NCBI GenBank assembly: GCA_963675745.2
Contig: CAXXWX010000005.1
Coordinates: 84,667-148,666 of the forward strand
Direction: 5' to 3'
Length of the DNA: 64,000 nt
From: Phycisphaerae bacterium
GTDB taxonomy: Bacteria; Planctomycetota; Phycisphaerae; UBA1845; Fen-1342
Shown: one piece after another, positions 1-8,259 of the stretch
Layout: each line of letters starts with the position of its first letter
How positions within the stretch are numbered: position 1 is the stretch's first letter
Notes under the pieces: generated by a model
Seen by the model: only the letters and a program-made list of their open reading frames with translations
What the model was told of the DNA's origin: nothing
The model's database searches: none
Translations under genes and position numbers: made by a program

Positions 1-442
1 CTACCTGGGCGATCTGGACCTTGCCCTTGACCGGCGTGGCCATGTTGGTGAGCTCGGCGATCACCGCCGCCACACCCGCGTCGATGCCGCGCTTCAGCGA
101 CATGGCGCCGGCGCCGGCGGCGAGGTTCTTGAGACCCTCGTCGAAGATGGCCTCGGCGTAGATGGTCGCGGTGGTCGTGCCGTCACCAGCGACGGTTGAC
201 GTCTTGCTGGCAACTTCCTTGACCATCTGAGCGCCCATATTCTCATTGGCCTCTTCCAACTCGATTTCCTTGGCGACGGTTACGCCGTCCTTCGTCACCG
301 TCGGCGCGCCGAACGATTTCTCCAGTACGACGTTCCGGCCGCGCGGGCCGAGCGTGACCTTGACGGCCTTGGCCAGGGTTCGCACTCCACGGCGGATGCC
401 CTCGCGGGCTTCCATGTCATAAGCGATTTGTTTCGCTGGCAT
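1..442 (-). CDS. groEL: Chaperonin GroEL, 5' part (runs off window edge)
   Basis: Manual translation from ATG 442: [60 protein letters not shown]...AGDGTTTAT; lies directly downstream of groES. Confidence 0.97.
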   Translation of the reverse strand, partial: MPAKQIAYDMEAREGIRRGVRTLAKAVKVTLGPRGRNVVLEKSFGAPTVTKDGVTVAKEIELEEANENMGAQMVKEVASKTSTVAGDGTTTATIYAEAIFDEGLKNLAAGAGAMSLKRGIDAGVAAVIAELTNMATPVKGKVQIAQV

Positions 443-547
443 CTACTTCTCCCTGCTGCGATGTGTCGCATCTGTGGTGTCAGGCCGGTGGGCCTGTCGA
501 GGTTTTGCTGGTTTCTCTGGTGAGCTGATCGAATCGTGACGTCGAGA

Positions 548-844
548 CTAATCGAGGATGGCGAGAATATCGCTCTCATCCATGATGATCATCTCTTCGC
601 CTTCAACCTTGACTTCGGTGCCCCCATAGCTGGTGAACAGCACTTGATCGCCGGCCTTGACCTGCAAGCTCTGGCGCTCCCCACTGTCAAGCAGCCGACC
701 ATCGCCGATGCTCAGTACGGTGCCGCGCTTCGGCTTTTCCTTGGCGGTCTCCGGCAGCACAATCCCGCCGGCGGTAACGTCTTCGGCGTCCATCCGCTTG
801 ACCAGAACCTTGTCGCCCAGAGGACGAATCCCAACTCGCGCCAT
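548..844 (-). CDS. groES: Co-chaperonin GroES
   Basis: IRPLGDKVLVKR...TAGGIVLPETAKEKP...YGGTEVK...ESDILA is the Cpn10 signature. Confidence 0.97.
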   Translation of the reverse strand: MARVGIRPLGDKVLVKRMDAEDVTAGGIVLPETAKEKPKRGTVLSIGDGRLLDSGERQSLQVKAGDQVLFTSYGGTEVKVEGEEMIIMDESDILAILD

Positions 845-943
845 GCTTTGCTCCTTCGTTCGCGTCGTCGCGTTGTCAATCCTGCCATTAGCTCACCCAA
901 CGGGCTCTCCCTGAGCCTGTAAAGGTGCGTGGAGGTTATAATG

Positions 944-958
944 GCAAGCAGCGTGCCA
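944..958 (-). promoter_or_regulatory. Sigma54 (-24/-12) promoter for groES-groEL
   Basis: Minus strand reads TGGCACG-CTGC-TTGC, an exact match to TGGCACG-N4-TTGC, 100 bp upstream of groES and oriented toward it. Confidence 0.75.
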
Positions 959-1250
959 CTCGGAACAGCCTTCAGGGCAACATTCCTAAGTGCCGCTTGA
1001 TACTGCTGTTATGAAAACGCCCTATCCGTGGCCAGTCCCCGGTTCGCCCCTTTGGCGGCAGTACCGCCTCCGCCGACTGTCAAACCGGCAGGCCACTTGC
1101 GCCGGCAACCAGAGCACGCCGGTACGCACACGAGCCGCCGGCTGATGCCTGCGGCTCGTGCGTGATCGTGCCGTGCTGGAGGAAACCGGCGGCCGATGGG
1201 CCAAACGCGACGGCGACACTCCGGCCACCTTCGGCGTTGTCAAGGCCGGA

Positions 1251-3296
1251 CTACTCCCCCTCGTCCAGCCCCAGGTGTTTGACGAATGCGTCCATCTGCG
1301 GCGGTCGCCCCAGGTAATCGGTCAACATCTCCATTTCGTCGCGCGTCCCGCCGCGCGCCAGGATCTTCTCGCGAAACTCCGCCCCCGCCTCCGGGGCGAG
1401 CATCCCCTGCTGGCGGATTCTCTCGGCGATGTCGTGGGCGTAGACGAGCGACCACAAGTAGCTGTAGTAGCCCGCCTGATAGCCGAGCAAGTGGCCAAAC
1501 CCCGCCTCGAAGAATGTATTCGGAGCCGCCGTGTAGAGAGTGACCTCAGTGTACGTGTCATTTCCGACGGTCGTGGTGTCGACGTCGCCATCGGTGTCGG
1601 TGTGGTAGCGCATGTCGGTCATGCCGAGCCAGATCTGGGCCAGGTTCTTCAGCCCCGAGCAGAAGTTGCGCGCTTTGATCATGCGGTCAACCAGCTCGTC
1701 GGGAATCGGCTCGCCGGTCTTGTAGTGTTTCGCGAAGCGCTTGAGCACATCGCGATCCCAGACCCAGTTCTCGAACATCTGCGACGGAGTTTCTACGAAA
1801 TCGGTCGTCGTGCGTGTGCCGCTGAACCGGTAGTAGCGTGACTCGCTCAGCAGCGTGTGCAGCCCGTGGCCATACTCGTGGAAGAACGTGACAAGCTGCT
1901 CGTGAGAAAGCAGCGGCGGCTTGTCCTCGCCGGGCGACGTGAAGTTGCAGAGCATCACGATGAGCGGCTTTTCGACCGTGCCGTCAAGCCACGTCTTGCG
2001 CGGGACGGCGCCCCAGCACCACGCCCCCTGGTCCTTGGCCTCGCGCGGGAACAGGTCCATGTAGATCGTGCCCATGGTCTTCCCGCTGGCTTTGTCGCGG
2101 ACCTGAAACACGCGAATCTCGGGGTCCCAGACGGGCACCGGGTGCTTGCTCGCGTCATCGGTCACGTTTTCGTATGCGAGCCCGTAAAGCGTCCCGGTCA
2201 CCATGAAAAGCCCGTCGAGAACGCTGTCGAGCGGGAAATACTCACGCACCTTCTCGGTGTCCACCGCGTAGTTCTCGCGCAGCAGCATATTCTGATAGAA
2301 CGACTGATCCCACGGATTGAGCGTCGCCGCCGGGTCGCCGGTGTGACGCCGTTTGGCGGCCAGCAATTCGTCGAAATCCACTTGGGCCTTGCGCGTTACC
2401 AGTGGAATCAGATCTTCGTAAAACTTCCACACGGTCTCGACGTTCTTCGTCATCTCGGTCTCGAGCTGGTACGAAGCGACCGTGTCGTGGCCCAACAACT
2501 CCACCCGCTCGTGCCGCAGCTTGAGAATCTTCTTCAAGACGTCCACGTTGCGTTGCCCCGCCTGGCGGCGCGCGGCAATGTAGACCTTGTGGCGCGTCGT
2601 CTCGTTTTCGCAGAAGTCCTGAATCGGCGCGAAGATCGGCCAGTCCAGCGGCACGATGTATAGCTCGCCGGACATCTTCTGCTTGAGCGCGTCAAGCACG
2701 TGTTGCGGCGTGCCCTTGAGCTCCTCGGCGGTGAGCAGGACTCGGGTGGGGTCTTCGTTGATGTTCCGGTCAAACTCGATGCTGAGCTCGGTCAGTTGTT
2801 TCTCAAGGCCTTTGAGCTTTTCGCGTTTTTCCGGTGGAAGTGCCATGCCGGCTCGCCGGTAGTCGCGCAGCAGGTGGTCCAGATAGCGCTGCTGCACCGG
2901 GTCGAGCTGAGGATTGCGCGCGGCGAGCGCCTGGATCGCATGATACAGGTCCTCGCGTTTGCTGAACTCGGTGGCCCAGTCGCTTTCGTCCTTGTTGGCC
3001 TGCCACCCAAGATCGCGCTTGGCCGGGTCGGTCGAAACCGAGGCCATGAGCTGGGTGTACCAGACATCCTTCTGCAACTGCATCTGCATGTCATCAAGGG
3101 CGCCGATCGTGTTGTTGAAATCGCGCTGATCGTCCGGGATGTCGACGATCTGCTGTATGGCCGCGTCGGCCCGCTTGAGCGCATCGGCGATCGGTGAGTT
3201 CTCGGGGATTTCGTAGGCCAGGCCTGCCGATGTCGCCGCCAACGAGGCGAGGACACATCCCCAGGCAAGTGTACGTAGACGGATTAGTGAGCGCAT
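1251..3296 (-). CDS. Secreted M3 family (thimet oligopeptidase-like) metallopeptidase
   Basis: FHEYGHGLH (HExxH), DFVETPSQMFENW, GYQAGYYSYLWS; signal-peptide-like N-terminus from ATG 3296. Confidence 0.92.
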   Translation of the reverse strand: MRSLIRLRTLAWGCVLASLAATSAGLAYEIPENSPIADALKRADAAIQQIVDIPDDQRDFNNTIGALDDMQMQLQKDVWYTQLMASVSTDPAKRDLGWQANKDESDWATEFSKREDLYHAIQALAARNPQLDPVQQRYLDHLLRDYRRAGMALPPEKREKLKGLEKQLTELSIEFDRNINEDPTRVLLTAEELKGTPQHVLDALKQKMSGELYIVPLDWPIFAPIQDFCENETTRHKVYIAARRQAGQRNVDVLKKILKLRHERVELLGHDTVASYQLETEMTKNVETVWKFYEDLIPLVTRKAQVDFDELLAAKRRHTGDPAATLNPWDQSFYQNMLLRENYAVDTEKVREYFPLDSVLDGLFMVTGTLYGLAYENVTDDASKHPVPVWDPEIRVFQVRDKASGKTMGTIYMDLFPREAKDQGAWCWGAVPRKTWLDGTVEKPLIVMLCNFTSPGEDKPPLLSHEQLVTFFHEYGHGLHTLLSESRYYRFSGTRTTTDFVETPSQMFENWVWDRDVLKRFAKHYKTGEPIPDELVDRMIKARNFCSGLKNLAQIWLGMTDMRYHTDTDGDVDTTTVGNDTYTEVTLYTAAPNTFFEAGFGHLLGYQAGYYSYLWSLVYAHDIAERIRQQGMLAPEAGAEFREKILARGGTRDEMEMLTDYLGRPPQMDAFVKHLGLDEGE

Positions 3297-3419
3297 GTCT
3301 GTTGAAGCCTCCGTTTTCAGGCCCGCAACAGAGCTCGGCCCAACCCCGAGCGGGCGGATAGTGAGCATACGCCTGCGCCACACGGAGACGGCTGCTGAGG
3401 CTCCGGTCGGGCGGCGTTC

Positions 3420-3887
3420 CTAGTCGATTCCCCCGATGTCCTGATTGAATACCAGCATGGTAATCATGGCCTCGCGCTGGTTGTGTTGCGCGGTAATCGC
3501 CATGAATCGCTGGATGCGCGCCCCCGCATCAGCTATCAGCAGACGGTCGCTGCACTTTATCTGATCCAACTCGCCCGTGATCCACTCCGCCATTTTGAGG
3601 ATTTCGTCATGCTCGTGCTTGATCCGCTCGACCTGATCAGACAACGTCGGCCGCACCTCGAGCACGTGCGCGAGATAGCCCCCCGAGCGTTTCACATCGT
3701 AGTTGATCTTCAGGTGCGATTTCAGCCGCTTGAAGCTCTCGCGCAAACCTCTCAACCAGTCGTCACACTCGACGCCCGGCTGCGCGACGATGTGCTCCTT
3801 GATCATGTGGTTGAGATCCAAAAGCGCCTTGTGCTGCTCCTGCATCCAGGCGGCCATTTCCTGTTCCGACATCGATCCTGAACTCAT
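3420..3887 (-). CDS. Hemerythrin-like four-helix protein (degenerate ligands)
   Basis: EQH...GGYL...EHDEI...HNQRE spacing resembles hemerythrin/HHE domains. Confidence 0.6.
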   Translation of the reverse strand: MSSGSMSEQEMAAWMQEQHKALLDLNHMIKEHIVAQPGVECDDWLRGLRESFKRLKSHLKINYDVKRSGGYLAHVLEVRPTLSDQVERIKHEHDEILKMAEWITGELDQIKCSDRLLIADAGARIQRFMAITAQHNQREAMITMLVFNQDIGGID

Positions 3888-4053
3888 TACGCGACTCCTT
3901 GCCGGCTAACGCATCCTGCGGCAGAACGACCGTCTATCTCGGCCGGAGTATATCCGAACAACCCGGCCAGTGGTAGCCAGCGCCGCGAGCAGCCCCTGGC
4001 CGGGGCCGCGACACCTGCGGCGGGAATTCCGCGCCGGTGGTTTCCGAGTTACT

Positions 4054-4238
4054 CGCCCCGCAGGGGCGCCTGAACATAGCCCAGTACGCAGTGCTGGGTT
4101 TCGATCGCGTACCCGGCCCTTGAGTCCCGCACGGGACGACTGAAAGCTCAGCCGTCCCGGTGGGACTGGGTCTTCACGTGGCGACGATTGCCCCAGCACT
4201 GCGTACTGGGCTATGTTCATTGCGTCCCTGCGGGACGA
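4054..4238. repeat. REP/REPIN-like inverted-repeat element
   Basis: Perfect 28-bp IR TGAACATAGCCCAGTACGCAGTGCTGGG (4071-4098 / 4192-4219) plus small hairpins CGCCCCGCAGGGGCG and GTCCC-N3/4-GGGAC (x3). Confidence 0.85.
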
Positions 4239-4327
4239 CATGGCTACGGCCCCCGACTGTGTCACCGCCCCCCCGGGCCGTGTGCCGCCGGATAACACGC
4301 CGGATGCGTCCTTACGCGCCCCGCTCG

Positions 4328-6442
4328 CTATCCATGCGCCGGCAGGTAATAATCGCGCGTGTAGTCGCCCAACATCCGGTGCGTACTGAACTGCCCGCAC
4401 ACGGACCGCATCGAAGCGTGCATCATCTTGACCCAGCGTTTCGGGATGCCGTCCCGACCGCGATCGTAAAACGCCGGCACGATTTCCCGTTCGAGCAACT
4501 CGTACAGCGCCCCCACGTCGTAGCTGTCCTGCCGCGCCTGGCTCTTGAACTGTCGGCCTTCCCCAATCTGCCAACCGTTCTTGCCGTTGTAGGCCTCCGG
4601 CCACCAGCCATCCGGGATCGAGCAGTTCAACCCGCCATGCAGCGGCGGCTTCATCCCGCTGGTACCCGAGGCCTCCCGTGGCCTGAGCGGGTTGTTGAGC
4701 CACACGTCGCACCCGCCGGTGAGCATGCGTCCGACGTGCATGTCGTAATTCTCGAGCAGGACCACGCGCCCGTGAAAGCCGGCCCGGCGCGCGTGCCTGT
4801 AGATCTGTCGCGCAAAAGCCTGGCCGGCGGCGTCCGCCGGGTGGGCCTTGCCGGCGAAAACAAGCTGCACCGGCCGATTGGGATCACCCAGTATGCGCGC
4901 CAGGCGCCGGGCATCCTTGAATATCAGCGGCGCGCGCTTGTACGTGGCAAACCTGCGGGCGAATCCGATTGTCAGGGCACACTCGTCCAGCGTTTCGTAT
5001 GCCGCCATCAGATCTTCCACCGGCCCCAGCCGACGCCGAATCTGTTCGACCAGGCGCTGGCGGATGAAGAGCACCAGCTTGCGCCGCAGCACGCCGCGCG
5101 TTTTCCACAGCTCGGCCGGTGGAATCCGGCCGGCATGCGACCACGGATTGCTGTCCGGCCGCGCGCCGAGCCATTTCGGCTTCAGATAGCGCGCGTACAG
5201 CGCGTCCATCTCGGGTGCCAGCCAGGTTTGAGAGTGAACGCCGTTGGTCACATACCCGATCGGGACGTCCTCAACGTGTGCGACATTATGCACGTGGCGC
5301 CACATTTCCCGCGAAACCTGCCCGTGAATCTTCGCCACACCGTTGCGGCGCTCACTGAGGTTAAGCGCCAGCACGGTCATGCAGAACGGCTCGGCCCGCG
5401 CGCGGGGATCTTCTCGCCCCAATGCCAGGAATCCGGCTCGCGATAACCCCAGATCGTTGGCCAGCGGGCCCAGGTAGCGCATAGTCAACTTGGGATCAAA
5501 GCGATCGTGGCCGGCGGGCACCGGGGTGTGCGTCGTGAAAACCGTTGATCCGCGCACCTTCTCAATCGCGGCTGCCTGTCCGACGCGCTTGCCGCGAAGC
5601 TGACGCAGTCGTTCGAGGGCACAGAACGCGGCGTGCCCTTCATTCAGATGAAACACCGTCGCGCGGATTCCGAGCTGTTGCAGCGCTCGCACACCGCCAA
5701 TGCCCAGCACAATCTCCTGCTGAATTCGCGTTTCGCTGTCACCCCCGTATAGCTGCCGCGTGATTGCGCGATCGCGCGGCCGATTCTGCGGAATGTCCGT
5801 ATCGAGCAGGTAGAGCGGAACGCGCCCGACCTGAAGACACCAGATCCTGGCGGCGACCACACGTTTGCCGAGCGGCACATCGACACACCGGCCCGTATCG
5901 GTCAGCGGGAAACGACCGAAGTCGTGGGCGTGACGCGCCACGATTGTCGCGCCGTAGCGGTCAAACGACTGGTCGTAGAATCCCTCCCGATAAAGCAGCC
6001 CCACACCCACCAGCGGGATACCGAGGTCCGAAGCCGACTTGAGATGATCGCCCGCCAGCACACCCAGGCCGCCGGAGTACTGCGGGAACGACTCGTGGAC
6101 GGCGAACTCGGCGCAGAAGTAGGCCACGCGCATGCGTCGCTGGCGCGGCGTCGCGGTCTTCTGAAACCAGGTCCTGGCGGACAAATAGCGCTTCAGGTCG
6201 CGCTCGACATTCGCCAGGTGCCGGACAGACGCGGCGTCGCCGGCAAGTTGCGCCAGACGCTGTGGTTCGAGGGTACGCAAAACATCGAGAGGCGCATGGT
6301 TGGTCGCCCGCCACTGCACCGGATCGAGTGCGGCGAAGAGGCGCTGCGCATCGTGATTCCAGGTCCACCACATATTCCGGGCGAGCGCATCAAGCCTGTC
6401 GTGCAGTTTCTCACCGACGTTGCGGCCGGTTTGCTTGGTCAT
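4328..6442 (-). CDS. glgP: Alpha-glucan phosphorylase
   Basis: YSGGLGVLAGD, HLNEGHAAF, FTTHTPVPAGHDRF, EASGTSGMK (PLP lysine). Confidence 0.95.
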   Translation of the reverse strand: MTKQTGRNVGEKLHDRLDALARNMWWTWNHDAQRLFAALDPVQWRATNHAPLDVLRTLEPQRLAQLAGDAASVRHLANVERDLKRYLSARTWFQKTATPRQRRMRVAYFCAEFAVHESFPQYSGGLGVLAGDHLKSASDLGIPLVGVGLLYREGFYDQSFDRYGATIVARHAHDFGRFPLTDTGRCVDVPLGKRVVAARIWCLQVGRVPLYLLDTDIPQNRPRDRAITRQLYGGDSETRIQQEIVLGIGGVRALQQLGIRATVFHLNEGHAAFCALERLRQLRGKRVGQAAAIEKVRGSTVFTTHTPVPAGHDRFDPKLTMRYLGPLANDLGLSRAGFLALGREDPRARAEPFCMTVLALNLSERRNGVAKIHGQVSREMWRHVHNVAHVEDVPIGYVTNGVHSQTWLAPEMDALYARYLKPKWLGARPDSNPWSHAGRIPPAELWKTRGVLRRKLVLFIRQRLVEQIRRRLGPVEDLMAAYETLDECALTIGFARRFATYKRAPLIFKDARRLARILGDPNRPVQLVFAGKAHPADAAGQAFARQIYRHARRAGFHGRVVLLENYDMHVGRMLTGGCDVWLNNPLRPREASGTSGMKPPLHGGLNCSIPDGWWPEAYNGKNGWQIGEGRQFKSQARQDSYDVGALYELLEREIVPAFYDRGRDGIPKRWVKMMHASMRSVCGQFSTHRMLGDYTRDYYLPAHG

Positions 6443-6669
6443 GGTGAGTCTCCAGCTTCCTGCGTGTAATCGTGTGTACCGATCGGCGTTTTCGGGCCTC
6501 GACAGCCCACACAGCGTCGTCCGCCACGATGATCATTGCGGGACCACGAATATCATTGTGGGACCGGTTTTTAACCGGTCATGAGCACAGGCGGCGCCAC
6601 CATGCGCCGGCATATCCCGATCTTCCACGCCTCCTCAGCCGACGGGGACGTCGGCCGCTGCGGTTTTGG

Positions 6670-8238
6670 TCAGTGGCGCCTCTTGGTCGTGCTCGGCAAC
6701 GGGCGCACGCGGTCGTATGCCTCGGACAATCCGCGCAGCCGACGGGCGAGCCGCGCCGTCAGGCTCTTCGCCGGCAAGCGCCAGGTCCAGTTCCCGGTCG
6801 GTTTGCCCGGGACGTTCATCCTGGCGGCGTTGTCCAACTGGAGCACGTCCTGTACCGGGATAATCGCGGTGTTGGCCGACGATATGTAGGCGGCCCGGAT
6901 CAGGTCCCAACATATTTCGTGCCCGTCGGTCCCGACATAACGCAGCAGACGGTCGTATTGGGACAAGCCGCCCCGCGCCCGCCGTTGCCGCTTCGCTTCG
7001 CGTTTGATCCGCTGGAACCAGCCCAGAGCCGTCTCGTTGTCATGCGTGCCGGTGTACACCACGCAGTCAGGCGGATGGGCGTGCGGTTCATCATAAAACT
7101 GCTCGCCCCAGAACGCATTCAGCAACAGACGCATCCCGGGGTAGCCGAACTTCTCGCGCAGCTTCACCGCCTGGGGCGTAACCAGCCCGAGGTCTTCCGC
7201 GATGATCTCGACGCGTCCCAACGCGCGAGTAACCGCGGAGAGCAACTCATCGCCTGGCGTGGGTATCCACTTCCCGCGCCGGGCCGTCTTGGCACGCCCC
7301 GGCACCGCCCACAGGCGACAGAACCCGAGAAAGTGGTCGATGCGCGCCCCGTCAAACTGCTCGACCAATCGCCGACAGCGCGCAATCCACCATGCCCACC
7401 TGGTCCTGCGATGTCGCGGCCAGGCGTAATGCGGGTGGTTCCAGAGTTGACCATCTTTCGAGAAATAGTCCGGCGGCACGCCGGTGACAATCTTCGGACG
7501 CCGCTGGGCGTCAAGTGCGAACAGCTCCGGGCTGCCCCAGACGTCGGCGCTGTCGGTCGCCACGAATATGGGCAGATCGCCCACCAGCCCCACGCCGCGC
7601 TTGCTGGCGTAGGCGCGCAATGCCGCCCACTGGCGGTCAAACTCGAACTGGCAGAACCGCTCGAAGTCGAGCTCGCCGGCGAAATCTCGCCGAAGTTGGC
7701 GCAGCTCGGCGCGGCTTGCCAGCCGCAAGGCCCGCGGCCACTCAAACCACGCCTTGCCATGATTCCGGCGTTTCAGCGTGGCGAACAGGGCCCAGTTGTC
7801 GAGCCACCCGCCTTGTTGCTGACAGTAGTGCTTGAACTCGGGATCGGTGAGCCCGCCGAGGTCGGCAAAACGCACAAAAGCCCGGCGCAGCCGCGCCAGG
7901 CGATAGCGCATCGTCGTGCCGAACACGACCCGCTCGTCGCGCAACCCGGCAACCGGTCGCAGGTCCGCCGACTTCAGCAGGCCCTCTTGCTTCAGACGAT
8001 CGAGGCTGATCAGGTGCGGGCCGCCCGCGAATGCGGAGAGTGGGCTGTAGGGCGAATAACCCAGCCCCGGCGGGTTGGTCGGCAGCATCTGCCACCAGCG
8101 CTGGCCGGCGTCCGCCATGAAGTCCACAAAACGGTAGGCCGCCGGGCCAAGATCGCCGCTGCCGCCGTTGCCCGGTAACGAGGTCGGGTGCAGCAGCAGG
8201 CCGCAGGCCCGCTGATCAAAGCGAAACGCTGGTTTCAT
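6670..8238 (-). CDS. malQ: 4-alpha-glucanotransferase (GH77)
   Basis: GLLLHPTSLPG, GVPPDYFS, RIDHFLG, IAEDLG, YTGTHDN, RMNVPG motifs. Confidence 0.95.
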   Translation of the reverse strand: MKPAFRFDQRACGLLLHPTSLPGNGGSGDLGPAAYRFVDFMADAGQRWWQMLPTNPPGLGYSPYSPLSAFAGGPHLISLDRLKQEGLLKSADLRPVAGLRDERVVFGTTMRYRLARLRRAFVRFADLGGLTDPEFKHYCQQQGGWLDNWALFATLKRRNHGKAWFEWPRALRLASRAELRQLRRDFAGELDFERFCQFEFDRQWAALRAYASKRGVGLVGDLPIFVATDSADVWGSPELFALDAQRRPKIVTGVPPDYFSKDGQLWNHPHYAWPRHRRTRWAWWIARCRRLVEQFDGARIDHFLGFCRLWAVPGRAKTARRGKWIPTPGDELLSAVTRALGRVEIIAEDLGLVTPQAVKLREKFGYPGMRLLLNAFWGEQFYDEPHAHPPDCVVYTGTHDNETALGWFQRIKREAKRQRRARGGLSQYDRLLRYVGTDGHEICWDLIRAAYISSANTAIIPVQDVLQLDNAARMNVPGKPTGNWTWRLPAKSLTARLARRLRGLSEAYDRVRPLPSTTKRRH

Positions 8239-8259
8239 CGGGCGCTTGCCTCGCCTGGA

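Noticed and set aside
850..1020. CIRCE element
   Set aside because: No TTAGCACTC-N9-GAGTGCTAA match
3906..4712. Long shadow ORFs (e.g. 3906..4712, 6472..8178, 16394..17737, 59247..60839, 63305..63973)
   Set aside because: Antisense or off-frame to well-supported genes or spanning repeats; expected in high-GC DNA; no recognisable motifs
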